Part shown: positions 31,912 through 42,324 of the stretch, in pieces
Numbering within the stretch: the stretch's first letter is position 1
How the letters are laid out: each line of letters starts with the position of its first letter
IMG/VR virus record: IMGVR_UViG_3300030372_002234
Span: 1-64,000 of that record
Length of the DNA: 64,000 nt
Source: a virus
Taxonomy: Duplodnaviria; Caudoviricetes
Direction: 5' to 3' (one strand)
Program-made: the position numbers and the translations under genes
The notes under the pieces: model-generated
The model's input: only the letters and a program-made list of their open reading frames with translations
Told to the model about the DNA's origin: nothing
Database searches by the model: none

Positions 31912-32106
31912 ATGTACGGTAAAGGCGATAAATACAGAGACGTTGATAAGAAAAAGTACGATGAACAGTATGAAAAGATTTTTGGAAAGAAAAAATTTAA
32001 CATCATGAGTGACAAGGAGTCCAATGACAGTATGGGAAACGTACACAAAAGAAGAAAAGACAAGGCTAACAAATCTTCAGTTAGCAAACGAAGACAAAGC
32101 CGCTAA
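31912..32106 (+). CDS. Small basic hypothetical protein (GKGDKYR…YEKIFG type)
   Basis: AGAAAGGAG RBS; the C-terminal part overlaps the RNAP gene start. Confidence 0.55.
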   Translation: MYGKGDKYRDVDKKKYDEQYEKIFGKKKFNIMSDKESNDSMGNVHKRRKDKANKSSVSKRRQSR

Positions 32107-34588
32107 ACAGTCTATTGCAAAGTATCTTAACAATGTTAACATGTCCCCTAGTGCTTCTCCAAGAGAAAAGGAATTTGTATTTGACTATACAGAATACCTT
32201 AGTGATTACATTAAGTGGACAGAAGAGCAGTACGAAAAAGTAAAGAAGAAGCCTTATTGGCTTACTATTGCTCATTTGTTAGGTGCTGAACGTTGTGCTG
32301 CTATTGTTGTTAAAGCTTTACTTGATAGTTGCTTATCGTCTCGTTTGATACAAGCATCAGACGGCATTAAATACGATAACTATAACTTAGGAGACTTAAG
32401 ATCCCAGACTAAACAAAATATACTTGGAGTTATATCAAGAGAACTGTGGCTTGCTATTGGCATACGCTTGGCTAAAGAAAACTACGGCGAAGAGTTTGCC
32501 CGACAGTCTCATTACTTCAAGAACTGGAACAAAAAGAGAATGAAAGCGTTTGCACGTAAGTGTCAAACGTTGCCTACATGGGATAACCAAAAAAGAAATG
32601 TGGTTGCCTTATCGTTTTATACTTTAATGGTAGGAAACAAAGAAAGCGTTATGCCCTTTGTTGAGAATCCTATTACTATTGTAAAGAACGGTCAGATTAA
32701 AAGACATACTATTATCTCCTTGCGAGAAGAGTTTACGAAAAACTTTGAGGCATTTCATAATTTCTACCAATACTATAAGTGGTTGTATTACCCGATGGTG
32801 TGCCCACCTATTCCTCACAACTATCCTAACAGGACAGCAGAGGACTGGGGTGGTGCTTTACATCTAGAGTACAGGAAGTCATCTGTTCATAACACAAGAG
32901 CAGGTAATTACTACAAGAACAATAGTGAGCATAGCCAGCAGTCAATCAATGCGCTTAATGCATTGCAAGGTACTGAATGGAGCATCAACAAAAGAGTTCT
33001 TGAAGTAATGACAAACCTGTACAAGTCTAATCGACAGGTGTGTAACCTACCTCCTTATGAGCACGATGAGTTTGTGTTTAGCAAACCTTTCCCTGAAGGG
33101 GAAGAAAAAGAAGTAATAGCTAAATGGAAAAACGAACGGGCGGAAGCTTGGGGTCTATGGGAAAAGACTAAGCAAAAGAGAATGCAAATGGAAATGCGTT
33201 TGCTTATTGCTGATGATCTTAAAGACCTGACGTTTTGGCACGGCTATTCTTCTGACTTCAGAGGCAGATGCTATACGCAGTCATCGTTTCTATCTCCTCA
33301 GAGTGGTGACTTTGACTGCGGCATAATCCAGTTTGCTGAAGGTGCTAAACTAGAAGCAAATGAAGTTAAAGAAAAATGTGATTACTTTTGGTTAAAGGTT
33401 CACTTAGCTAATAGGTGGGACTTTGATAAAGCTTCTTTTGAAGAACGTGCTCAATGGGTAGATGATAATATTGATATGCTTCGTCAAGTGTACGAAGACC
33501 CTGAAGGTACTGTAGACCTCTGGAAAGATGACAAAGCTAAAAAGAATGTGTCATTCAGACGGCTGGCTGATACTATTGATTTCTTTGTTGCTTTAGAAAC
33601 AGGTTACTCGTATGTTCCTAAGAATCTCGATGGAACATGCAACGGTATTCAACATTGGGTTGGTACGACAAAAGCTGAAAACTTAGCTGAACTTGTCAAT
33701 GTTATTAAAACTCTTAAACCGGGTGACATGTATAAGTTTATTGCTCATAACGCTACTGCAAAAATGGAAGCAGAGCGTGATGCCAATCAATACTTTGATA
33801 TGTTTTTAACCCATTGGGAGCATACAGAAAAAGACAAGAAGATGCCAAGGGGGCTACCTAAAAGAACTGTAATGTGCGACCCCTACGGGGTTACGTTCTA
33901 CAGCGCAAGGCAGTACATTCGATCTGAAGGACATCTTGACTGGTGCAGACCATTGCTCGAAGAGCGTGGCCTAAGCTGGCAGGGAGCCATCATGGAATGT
34001 ACGTCAGTAATTTGGGAAGCACTGCAAGAAGCATTGATCTTACCTAATGAAGCTAAAGAATACATTAAAGATTGTGTTGAAGTTTGTTACAACAGTGATG
34101 ACCGGAAGAAAAAGCCACTCCAATGGACAACTCCTTCTGGATTTAAAGTCAGGCAATATTATACAGAACATATAGAATATATTACTGATATTGCTTTACT
34201 GCTAAAGAATGATGTACGCATCAGATCTACGGCAGAAATGTGGCAGTTTACTGACAACATGGACGTTAGGAAAATGGCTACTGCTATTCCTCCTAATTGG
34301 GTTCATTCAATTGATGCTGCTCATATGGTATTTGTGGTACTCGCTTTGCTAGTTATGGGTTGCAGAAACTTCTGTATGATCCATGACAGCTTCGGCGTAC
34401 CCGTCACTTACCTAAAGTATTTACCACGTATATCAAGGGAAACATTTTATGAAATTCACAAAGAAAGCCAACTCGAACTATTTAAACAAGACCTCGAAAA
34501 CTTTTCCGGTCACGAACTCCCAGACATTCCTGAACAAGGTGGCCTCATTCCAGAAGAAATTCTCGAATCTGAATATCTCTTCTGCTGA
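32024..34588 (+). CDS. T7-type single-subunit DNA-dependent RNA polymerase
   Basis: SDFRGRCY (DxxGR), motif A LDGTCNGIQH, motif B RGLPKRTVMCDPYG, PPNWVHSIDAAH, motif C MIHDSFG; AAGGAG RBS before ATG 32024. Confidence 0.97.
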   Translation: MTVWETYTKEEKTRLTNLQLANEDKAAKQSIAKYLNNVNMSPSASPREKEFVFDYTEYLSDYIKWTEEQYEKVKKKPYWLTIAHLLGAERCAAIVVKALLDSCLSSRLIQASDGIKYDNYNLGDLRSQTKQNILGVISRELWLAIGIRLAKENYGEEFARQSHYFKNWNKKRMKAFARKCQTLPTWDNQKRNVVALSFYTLMVGNKESVMPFVENPITIVKNGQIKRHTIISLREEFTKNFEAFHNFYQYYKWLYYPMVCPPIPHNYPNRTAEDWGGALHLEYRKSSVHNTRAGNYYKNNSEHSQQSINALNALQGTEWSINKRVLEVMTNLYKSNRQVCNLPPYEHDEFVFSKPFPEGEEKEVIAKWKNERAEAWGLWEKTKQKRMQMEMRLLIADDLKDLTFWHGYSSDFRGRCYTQSSFLSPQSGDFDCGIIQFAEGAKLEANEVKEKCDYFWLKVHLANRWDFDKASFEERAQWVDDNIDMLRQVYEDPEGTVDLWKDDKAKKNVSFRRLADTIDFFVALETGYSYVPKNLDGTCNGIQHWVGTTKAENLAELVNVIKTLKPGDMYKFIAHNATAKMEAERDANQYFDMFLTHWEHTEKDKKMPRGLPKRTVMCDPYGVTFYSARQYIRSEGHLDWCRPLLEERGLSWQGAIMECTSVIWEALQEALILPNEAKEYIKDCVEVCYNSDDRKKKPLQWTTPSGFKVRQYYTEHIEYITDIALLLKNDVRIRSTAEMWQFTDNMDVRKMATAIPPNWVHSIDAAHMVFVVLALLVMGCRNFCMIHDSFGVPVTYLKYLPRISRETFYEIHKESQLELFKQDLENFSGHELPDIPEQGGLIPEEILESEYLFC

Positions 34589-34622
34589 GTGGTTGAAATC
34601 TATCCTTAAAGAAGGTAGAATC

Positions 34623-34925
34623 ATGAGAGTAAGGTGGAAGGACGCTCAATCAACGGGCGGACCCGGATGGGAGGATGCTGAAGATATGCAAGAAGCGGCC
34701 TCTGCTGAGATTTGTATTGTAAACACTATTGGTTATGTTATTAATTTTACTGAAGACAGAATTGTTCTGACGGATACCATCCAACATGACGGGCAAGCGG
34801 GAGGCGCAGTGCATCTCATTCCTATCGAAATGGTACAAGAAATTCACTACCTCAAGGAGGATAGTTTTGATGTTCAAACACACAACGACGATCAACTCGG
34901 AACACACAATGGAGGAACTACTTGA
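34623..34925 (+). CDS. Hypothetical phage protein (100 aa, MRVRWKDAQS…)
   Basis: GAAGG RBS; the longer called ORF overlaps the RNAP gene. Confidence 0.65.
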   Translation: MRVRWKDAQSTGGPGWEDAEDMQEAASAEICIVNTIGYVINFTEDRIVLTDTIQHDGQAGGAVHLIPIEMVQEIHYLKEDSFDVQTHNDDQLGTHNGGTT

Positions 34926-35145
34926 TACTATTGAGTTTAACATTTTAGAAGGAGAAAACGCAACGTATCAAATTATTCTCCCATCTATTAAATGGGTAAA
35001 CATTATTCTTGACAACGTGCAGACTATTGGCGATAAACATTTGTCAGAAGAAAAGGATGTTTCAACCGACCTTGTTAACATTGAGTTTGTAGTAGATAGT
35101 AACGACGATAACTTTCCAGAAGAGGATTACTTTAATGCAGAATAA
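34870..35145 (+). CDS. Hypothetical acidic protein (91 aa)
   Basis: AAGGAGG upstream of ATG 34870. Confidence 0.55.
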   Translation: MFKHTTTINSEHTMEELLDTIEFNILEGENATYQIILPSIKWVNIILDNVQTIGDKHLSEEKDVSTDLVNIEFVVDSNDDNFPEEDYFNAE

Positions 35146-35710
35146 GTTTAGAAATTACGAAACAGATCCTATTGACATAAACAATCATGAAGATCTTATC
35201 GAGTTGATTAACAACATTGTTGGCATGAAGATTAACCAAGGTTATTTCAAACGTTGGACTAGAGATGCTTTGTTGAGCGAAGGATGGATTCAAATCCAGT
35301 CGCTTATTGATACTTTTGACGCAAGCAAGGGCGTTGCGTTTAATAAATATTGCTTCTTGTATCTTCCTGCCAGAATTTCTGACGGAATGCAAGGCTTTGA
35401 AGAAGGAATGGCTAAAAACAAACCCGGATCTGAGTTTCGTTTTACTCACAGAGCTTGGCAATTTGATGAGTACGAAGATTCTCACACTAACCCAGCAAAC
35501 GGTGCTTCATGTGAAGACACTTTTGCACAGCACAAAGAAACAATAGTAGACAGGATTTTGAAGCACCCAAGTCTTACTGAGGCTGAACGTACTGTTGTTG
35601 ATATGATCGGCAGAGGAACAACAATGAAAGCCATTGGCGCGGCTATGGGCGTAACTGAGTCCCGTATTTCGCAGCGATGCAAACTGATTAGGAGCAAGAT
35701 TAATGAGTAG
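35135..35710 (+). CDS. Sigma-70-family factor (FliA/WhiG-like regions 2 and 4)
   Basis: Region 2-like DALLSEGWIQIQSLIDTFDASKGVAFNKY…RI; region 4 HTH LTEAERTVV…TMKAIGAAMGVTESRISQ. Confidence 0.8.
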   Translation: MQNKFRNYETDPIDINNHEDLIELINNIVGMKINQGYFKRWTRDALLSEGWIQIQSLIDTFDASKGVAFNKYCFLYLPARISDGMQGFEEGMAKNKPGSEFRFTHRAWQFDEYEDSHTNPANGASCEDTFAQHKETIVDRILKHPSLTEAERTVVDMIGRGTTMKAIGAAMGVTESRISQRCKLIRSKINE

Positions 35711-36362
35711 AGTATTAGTAATTGGGGATCTACATGCCCCCGCTGTTAGAGAAGACTACTTTGATTTCGTTAGAAGTATACGAAGAAAGTACAGAACCGA
35801 TCAAACAGTATTTATTGGTGACGTTATAGATCACCATGTTATTTCGTACCACAAAGCAAACCCTGAATCGCCCGACGCGATCAGGGAATACAACCTTGCT
35901 TTTGAAACTGTTAAGCGTTGGTACAAGGCGTACCCAAACGCTACTGTAACTATTGGTAACCACGATAGTCGAGTGCATAGACTTGCAGCAGATGCTGGCA
36001 TTCCTTCTATGTACCTTAAAGAATACAATGAACTTTATAAGACAAAGAATTGGGAGTGGAAGCATAATGTTGAGTTGGATGGGGTTTATTATTATCATGG
36101 TACCGGTGCTGCTTCTGCTTACCCGGCATTTAATGCAGCTAGAACACGCAATCAGTCAGTGGTCATGGGTCACCATCATACAAAGGCAGCTATTAATTGG
36201 ATGTGTGGGGCTAACAATCATCGTATTTTTGGTATGTCTGTGGGGTGTGGAGTAGATAACGACCACCTTGCTATGCTGTACGCAGAACATTATCTTATTA
36301 AACCAATTCATGCATGCGGGGTAGTGGTCAATGGGCACCCCTATCTCGAACTCATGCCATAA
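35703..36362 (+). CDS. Calcineurin-like metallophosphoesterase
   Basis: GDLH, GDVID, GNHD, YHG, GHHH motifs. Confidence 0.9.
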   Translation: MSRVLVIGDLHAPAVREDYFDFVRSIRRKYRTDQTVFIGDVIDHHVISYHKANPESPDAIREYNLAFETVKRWYKAYPNATVTIGNHDSRVHRLAADAGIPSMYLKEYNELYKTKNWEWKHNVELDGVYYYHGTGAASAYPAFNAARTRNQSVVMGHHHTKAAINWMCGANNHRIFGMSVGCGVDNDHLAMLYAEHYLIKPIHACGVVVNGHPYLELMP

Positions 36363-36409
36363 AACCCATGCTATTACAATAGGCACCTACTGTGCCAGAA
36401 AGGATAACT

Positions 36410-36613
36410 ATGAGTGAAGAAACTGTAGTTGAAGAAACCATTAAAGAAGAGGTGTCTGGACAGCCGATTGGTGTACAGGCACAAGTAGTTCTTTCCTACT
36501 TGGAAGAACTCTATGGGGCAATTACTATGCTTAGTAGTAACCTCAGTAACCAAATTAAGTCCCTCTCAGATGTCATTGATAACGCCAACAAGGAGAACGA
36601 AACTAATGACTGA
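36410..36613 (+). CDS. Hypothetical protein (67 aa)
   Basis: AGAAAGGA RBS before ATG 36410. Confidence 0.6.
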   Translation: MSEETVVEETIKEEVSGQPIGVQAQVVLSYLEELYGAITMLSSNLSNQIKSLSDVIDNANKENETND

Positions 36614-37133
36614 TCGACCCACTGCTACCATTAAGACCGGCGACCTGACTGTGAAGTACTCTCATGTCTCCGTACCTGACACCAAGTTCAATGCTGAAGG
36701 TGAGTATAAGATCACCGTGATGCACGACGAGGAACTCGAAGCCAAGCTCCAGAAGCTTGCTGACGAGTGGAAGGTTGACCAGCCTTTTGTCAAGACCGTC
36801 AAGGATGGTTCTAAGGTTATTACCTTCAAGTCAAAGTATGCACCTAAGATGTATACTGCTGATGACGTTGAAGCACGACCCAAGGGATTCTGCTGGTCCG
36901 GTGATACCGTTAACATTAACTCTGTTTGCTACCCTGTTGAGGTCATGGGTAAGACCTACCTCTCAATGAAGTTTAACGCTGTACTCCTGAAGAGTGTGAA
37001 TGAATCAGAGCAGCGTGAAGCTAGTAACCCGTTCGGAACTGGTAGCGCAGTGTCGGCCAGTGATGTGAGTGAGACTGATGGTGAACAGCCTGATGCTCCT
37101 ACTGTCATCACTGATGAAATCCCGTTTGATTAA
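36606..37133 (+). CDS. ssb: Single-stranded DNA-binding protein (T7 gp2.5-like)
   Basis: YSHVSVPDTKF…GEYK N-terminus, acidic C-tail ending DEIPFD; located before the resolvase and primase genes. Confidence 0.8.
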   Translation: MTDRPTATIKTGDLTVKYSHVSVPDTKFNAEGEYKITVMHDEELEAKLQKLADEWKVDQPFVKTVKDGSKVITFKSKYAPKMYTADDVEARPKGFCWSGDTVNINSVCYPVEVMGKTYLSMKFNAVLLKSVNESEQREASNPFGTGSAVSASDVSETDGEQPDAPTVITDEIPFD

Positions 37134-37142
37134 GGAGACCGT

Positions 37143-37532
37143 ATGAATGCTGGTGAATGGACTTTTAATATAAATCCAGTTGCAGCCAGCCGTCCTCGGG
37201 TATCCAAACATGGACATGCGTACTTTACTGGTGCGTATAAACAATTTCGTAAAGATATGATCGATGTGGCCGAAGCGGTCCTTGGAGACTTTGAACCTCT
37301 CCAAGGGCCGTTATCGGTTGATCTGGAGCTATATGTCTGCAAACCTAAGACTACTAAGTTGTCTTCACCTAGAGGTGACATTGATAACTTTACTAAGGCG
37401 GTTTTTGATTCCCTCAATGGTATACTATGGGAAGATGATAGGCAAATAGAAAAGCTTTATGTTGTAAAGTGTTGGACCAAGAGTCCTGAACAAGACGGTT
37501 GGTTTAGAATTGGAGTAAACCAAATTGATTGA
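37143..37532 (+). CDS. rusA: RusA-like Holliday junction resolvase
   Basis: PVAASRPR, GDIDNFTKAVFDSLNGILWEDDRQI. Confidence 0.9.
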   Translation: MNAGEWTFNINPVAASRPRVSKHGHAYFTGAYKQFRKDMIDVAEAVLGDFEPLQGPLSVDLELYVCKPKTTKLSSPRGDIDNFTKAVFDSLNGILWEDDRQIEKLYVVKCWTKSPEQDGWFRIGVNQID

Positions 37533-37677
37533 CGTATTTAAAAAGATTCTTACTGAATTAGTAGACGATGCCGTAATGGTTGAGTCCGATGGCGATGTCG
37601 CTGGTTACTATTGGGAAATCAATATGACTGACGAGAAAATGGAAAACATTGTTAGAAAGCTTAACTCAGATGATTGA
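37525..37677 (+). CDS. Hypothetical acidic protein (50 aa, TTG start)
   Basis: Read directly; GGAG upstream; fills the gap between rusA and the primase gene. Confidence 0.4.
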   Translation: MIDVFKKILTELVDDAVMVESDGDVAGYYWEINMTDEKMENIVRKLNSDD

Positions 37678-39433
37678 AGAAGATAGCTACGTCGTTGACA
37701 GAGAACAATGTCCTAAGTGTGCCGAACAAGGGTTCGACCGCTCAGGAGATAATCTAGTTGTCTACTCAGATGACCACAAGTATTGTTTTCGTTGTGAATA
37801 TTACGTTCCCTCAAACAACAGCAACAAGGAGAAGATTGCTATGGAACCCATTACACTTGACTTTAAGAAGTACAACGGATCTTGTGTTGATATTTCTGAT
37901 CGAAAGATTGACCACAAAACTTGCCGTAAGTACGGTTATCAAGTGGCGAATGTTGGTGGTAAGGAGATGCACATCGCACCTTACTATCGTAATGGAGAAC
38001 TTGTGGCGCAACATCTGCGCGGACCTGACAAGCAATTCAAGTGGTCTGGTTCACCAAGTAACTGCGAACTGTTCGGCCAAAATCTCTTTAAGAGTAATGG
38101 CGGTAAAAGACTGGTGATTACTGAAGGTGAACTGGACTGCTTGACTGTCAGTCAGTTGCTGGGTACGTGGCCTGTTGTGTCCGTACCCAACGGTGCTTCA
38201 TCCGCAATGAAGTACATCAAGGGTAACCTTGAATTTGTTAATAGCTATGAAGAAATTGTTCTTATGTTTGACATGGATGATGCTGGTCAAGAGGCTGCCC
38301 GTAAGGTGGCTGAGATCCTTCCTCCCGGTCGAGCCAAGATCGCCAAGCTTCCGTACAAGGACGCAAGCGACTGCTACATGAAGGGCAACTCGAAGGCTGT
38401 GGTAAATGCTGTGTGGGAAGCTCAGGCGTACAGCCCTGACGAGATTCTCCATGTCAGTGACGTTGAAGATTCTTCAAACGATCTGGTTGATGCCAAGGTA
38501 TGGCCTTGCCCGTGGGACAAGATGTCTGAGTTCTGCCTTGGTCAGCGATCAGGTGAGATTACTCTGTACTGCTCAGGCACTGGCTCAGGTAAGTCCACGA
38601 TCCTTCGTGAGATCATGCACCATCACCTGAGCGAAGGTCGTTCTGTTGGTGCGATCATGCTCGAAGAATCTCCCAAAGAAACTATTGATGACATGATTAG
38701 TCTTCAATTGAACAAGCCTGTACGTGCTATCCGCGCATCACGAATGATGAACGAATTGCGTACAAAGATGGGAAAAGATCCGATTGATATTGAGATTGTT
38801 GATGATTTGACCGATGATGAGTATGCTGCGGCTCGTAAGCAGCTTGCTCAAACTTCTTTCTACGTTTACGATCACCTTGGTAATAATGCAATGGCTAATC
38901 TGCTGGCACGAATGGAATTCATGGCAATCTCTCTCGGGGTCGAGGTTATTGTTCTGGATCACATCACTGCCGCAGCGGCTGGCCTGATGGGCATGAACAG
39001 CAAGGACGTTGACGGTGGTAGCTCAGAGAGAATTATTATCGATAGTATTATGAAGGAACTCCGTGCCCTGTGTGTTCGCACTGGTGTTCACATCGATATT
39101 GTTTCTCAGCTTAAGAAGACGGACAAGGCTTATGAGGAAGGTAACCGTATTACCTTGCAGGATCTCCGTGGCTCTGGTGCTCTGGCATCTGTGCCCAACA
39201 CGGTTATTGCTCTCGAACGTAACCGTCAAGACCCCGATCCTGTTATCAGTAACACTACTATTGTTCGTGTGCTTAAGAACAGACTTACTGGTCGCTGTGG
39301 CATTGCATCCGCATTGTTCTACGACCGCACTACTTCAAGACTTACAGAAAAGGACTTTGCGTTTGGAGATGATGGTGAAGTACTGTTTGAGGCCAACCCC
39401 TTTGGGGAAGGCAAGTCCATTAATGAGGATTAA
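37670..39433 (+). CDS. Primase-helicase (T7 gp4-like)
   Basis: Zn ribbon CPKC…CFRC, TOPRIM ITEGELD and FDMDDAG, Walker A SGTGSGKST, LDHIT, DLRGSG, KNRLTG. Confidence 0.95.
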   Translation: MIEEDSYVVDREQCPKCAEQGFDRSGDNLVVYSDDHKYCFRCEYYVPSNNSNKEKIAMEPITLDFKKYNGSCVDISDRKIDHKTCRKYGYQVANVGGKEMHIAPYYRNGELVAQHLRGPDKQFKWSGSPSNCELFGQNLFKSNGGKRLVITEGELDCLTVSQLLGTWPVVSVPNGASSAMKYIKGNLEFVNSYEEIVLMFDMDDAGQEAARKVAEILPPGRAKIAKLPYKDASDCYMKGNSKAVVNAVWEAQAYSPDEILHVSDVEDSSNDLVDAKVWPCPWDKMSEFCLGQRSGEITLYCSGTGSGKSTILREIMHHHLSEGRSVGAIMLEESPKETIDDMISLQLNKPVRAIRASRMMNELRTKMGKDPIDIEIVDDLTDDEYAAARKQLAQTSFYVYDHLGNNAMANLLARMEFMAISLGVEVIVLDHITAAAAGLMGMNSKDVDGGSSERIIIDSIMKELRALCVRTGVHIDIVSQLKKTDKAYEEGNRITLQDLRGSGALASVPNTVIALERNRQDPDPVISNTTIVRVLKNRLTGRCGIASALFYDRTTSRLTEKDFAFGDDGEVLFEANPFGEGKSINED

Positions 39434-39438
39434 ATGAC

Positions 39439-41151
39439 ATGGAAATCATATGGGACATCGAAGCCAACGGCCTCGCATATCCGTCCGTCGATAAAAAGGG
39501 GAACACAATACCCCGTGCGGACACCGTACACTGCATCGTCGCAAGAGAGGCAGGAACAGATCGAGTCTTCACGTACCGTCCACACGAAATCGAGCGGGGT
39601 ATTGAGTTTCTTAGCCGCGCTACTCTTTGGATTGGTCATAATCTTATCGGGTACGACATCCCCGTTCTTTCTCGACTTGGCCTTGTTCGTAGCTGCCCTG
39701 TACTTGATACTCTCATTGTTTCTAGATTGATGTATCCTGATAAGCAGGATGTCAAGTTCCCTTTGCACGACAAGAAAGGGCGGCATAGCCACTCATTGGA
39801 AGCATGGGGTCGGAAGCTTGAGGATAACAAGCAAGACTACGACGGCGGATGGGAGCACTACTCTGAGGAAATGCTGGAGTACTGTATCCAAGACGTTGCG
39901 GTAAATGAAAAGATCTATAACTATCAAAAGGAATGGATCGAGGAGAACCGTAAGGTAGTGCAGTTCGAGCATCTTGTCGGGCATGTGTGTGCCGACATGA
40001 CAAAGAACGGTTTTCGGTTTGATTGTGAATCAGCTAGTGAATTGCAACGAGAATTGCTTGGCACTAAGGCTGACATCGAAGATAGCCTTCAACAAACATT
40101 TCCTACTATTGTAGAGGAACGCTGGTCAGAAAAGACTGGTAAACGATTGAAGGATAAAGTTACGGTGTTTAACCCTGCTTCAACCAAACAGATTGCTGAA
40201 CGGTTTAAAGTAAAGTATAGTTGGAAAGCCCCTGTCAGTGAGAAGGGGAATCCAAACTGTGACACTAAAGTATTAAAGTCATTGAAATTCCCAGAAGCCC
40301 GCTCTATCCTTGAGTACCGTGATGCCCAGAAGTTGCTGGGTATGGTGGACGATTGGATGTTGCGGGCCTGTGTGTCTGGTGCTGGTACGATTCATGGTCA
40401 GTTCAACCACCAAGGTGCTGCGACTGGCCGTGCTACGCACTCGCAACCAAACATTGCACAAGTTGATAAGAACCCCAAGTCACGCAGGCTTTGGAAGCCT
40501 CACGATGGTCATGTCCAAGTTGGCTCTGACCTGAGTGGCCTTGAGCTACGTATGTTGGCTCATCAGATGGCCGAGTTTGACGGTGGTGCTTACGCTAAGG
40601 AAATTCTTGAAGGCGATATTCATACTACTAACATGAATGCCGCAGGCTTGAGCGATAGGGACCAAGCAAAAACATTTATTTACGGCTTCCTATATGGTGC
40701 CGGATCAGAAAAGATTGGTCAGATTGTTGGTGGCAATGCGCGTGACGGTCAACAACTTAAAGATAAATTCCTAAGGCGATTGCCTGCACTTAAGAAAGTT
40801 ATTCAGAATGTCCAATTCCAATCGGCTAAGTATGGCAGTGTTGTTCTCTTGGATGGTCGCCGTGTTCCTGTACGGAGTGATCACGCAGCTCTTAACACTT
40901 TATTACAGGGAAATGGTGCAGTTGTTTCTAAACTCTGGATCGTACTGGCCCACCGGTCCCTTTCCCCCAAGGGGGTAAAGATGATGGGGTGGATTCATGA
41001 CGAGATCCAAACGTCCTGTCCTCCAGACATTGCTGAAGAGACTGGTAAAGAACTGGTTCGCTGCGCCCAAGAAGCAGGAAGAAAACTTGGCATTAGAATG
41101 CCGGTGGACGCAGAGTATGTGATTGGAGAATCATGGGCAGATACCCATTAG
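39439..41151 (+). CDS. Family A DNA polymerase (T7 gp5-like)
   Basis: ExoI DIEANGL, ExoII GHNLIGYDIP, ExoIII YCIQDV, motif A DLSGLELR, motif B RDQAKTFIYGFLYG, motif C IHDEIQ. Confidence 0.96.
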   Translation: MEIIWDIEANGLAYPSVDKKGNTIPRADTVHCIVAREAGTDRVFTYRPHEIERGIEFLSRATLWIGHNLIGYDIPVLSRLGLVRSCPVLDTLIVSRLMYPDKQDVKFPLHDKKGRHSHSLEAWGRKLEDNKQDYDGGWEHYSEEMLEYCIQDVAVNEKIYNYQKEWIEENRKVVQFEHLVGHVCADMTKNGFRFDCESASELQRELLGTKADIEDSLQQTFPTIVEERWSEKTGKRLKDKVTVFNPASTKQIAERFKVKYSWKAPVSEKGNPNCDTKVLKSLKFPEARSILEYRDAQKLLGMVDDWMLRACVSGAGTIHGQFNHQGAATGRATHSQPNIAQVDKNPKSRRLWKPHDGHVQVGSDLSGLELRMLAHQMAEFDGGAYAKEILEGDIHTTNMNAAGLSDRDQAKTFIYGFLYGAGSEKIGQIVGGNARDGQQLKDKFLRRLPALKKVIQNVQFQSAKYGSVVLLDGRRVPVRSDHAALNTLLQGNGAVVSKLWIVLAHRSLSPKGVKMMGWIHDEIQTSCPPDIAEETGKELVRCAQEAGRKLGIRMPVDAEYVIGESWADTH

Positions 41152-41666
41152 TTGTATATTTGTATAGTAATTTAGATCACCCAAACAAGTGGCAAAATAT
41201 TATACACCGGCTTTTAATTAGCCCTGCAAAATGGACTCATATAGGTATTTCTGTGGGCCAAGCGCATTTCTTTTTTACGCATACTCAGGGATCGGTAGTT
41301 ACTACTAATAAAGCAGTATTCAAATTAATGAAGCCTCATACGTTATTGTTTCTTCCTAGCGTTGAAATAACACTAGAAAAATTAAAAGAAATTATGCCTA
41401 AATATCCTTCTTATTCTAGATGGGATATGTTTTATTACGGATTGGCTAGATTTATTCCGATTAAATATGTAGGATGGACACGACCTAAAGCATGTGGAGA
41501 CGGTGCGTGTGAAGTGTTAAATAGATTAGGTATCCCAGTTCCGGCATTTGATGGCTATAACATAGAAAACATTAGGAGATGGTTACATGAAAATAATTTC
41601 GTTCTCTGGGAGAGCAGGTATCGGCAAAACAACAATAGTAAGGGAACTGATGGGTCATCTGTATGA
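41133..41666 (+). CDS. Putative permuted papain-like (NlpC/P60 YiiX-type) protein
   Basis: His motif KWTHIGI precedes Y…W and a Cys motif ACGDGACEVLNRLG (His before Cys). Confidence 0.5.
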   Translation: MGRYPLVVYLYSNLDHPNKWQNIIHRLLISPAKWTHIGISVGQAHFFFTHTQGSVVTTNKAVFKLMKPHTLLFLPSVEITLEKLKEIMPKYPSYSRWDMFYYGLARFIPIKYVGWTRPKACGDGACEVLNRLGIPVPAFDGYNIENIRRWLHENNFVLWESRYRQNNNSKGTDGSSV

Positions 41667-42324
41667 AGATGGTTTCTTTCCGGTCTACCTTCCCTTTGCT
41701 GCCGCTCTTAAAGAAGAAGCAGATAAAGCTGGTTACGGCAAAGAAGAAGATCCAGTAGGATACAGAAAGTATTGCCAAAACTGGGGCGCAAAGATGCGCG
41801 AACAAAATCAAGACTATTGGATTGATAAGTGGGTGGAGCAATATGAAAAACATTTGTTTAAGGAAACGTCTGGAGAACGAGAGTCAGAAACAGTTATTCT
41901 CGTTGACGATTGTAGATATGTTAATGAAACAGAAGCAATTAAACTTAGAGGAGGCAAAACGGTTTTTGTTGCAGGAGGAAAACGAACTCTTGCAAATGAA
42001 AATGTCCCTTGGAGAAAACATGAATCCGAAGCTCTTGCAAACCTTATTGAAAAAACTCTTAAGCACCGTCCAGAAGCTTTAACTCCTTTTTGTCATTTGT
42101 TTTGGAATAATAAAAGCCTAGAAGAACTAGAAGAAAATTTATTTGTTGCTTATGAAGACTGGCTTGAAGACGAACCATGTGATTGCGAGTTGTGTCTTGC
42201 TCGTAGAGAAGGAAGAGAACCTGATATGGGTACAGTTTTTGAAGAGATAAAAGAAATCTTGTTGTCAGAAAATATTGATCCTTCGGAGATTTTTGATGCA
42301 GATGCCAACAACAGCGATCCTTGA
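41587..42324 (+). CDS. Deoxynucleoside monophosphate kinase
   Basis: P-loop SGRAGIGKT, PFAAALKE, MREQNQDYWI, LVDDCRYVNE. Confidence 0.85.
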   Translation: MKIISFSGRAGIGKTTIVRELMGHLYEDGFFPVYLPFAAALKEEADKAGYGKEEDPVGYRKYCQNWGAKMREQNQDYWIDKWVEQYEKHLFKETSGERESETVILVDDCRYVNETEAIKLRGGKTVFVAGGKRTLANENVPWRKHESEALANLIEKTLKHRPEALTPFCHLFWNNKSLEELEENLFVAYEDWLEDEPCDCELCLARREGREPDMGTVFEEIKEILLSENIDPSEIFDADANNSDP

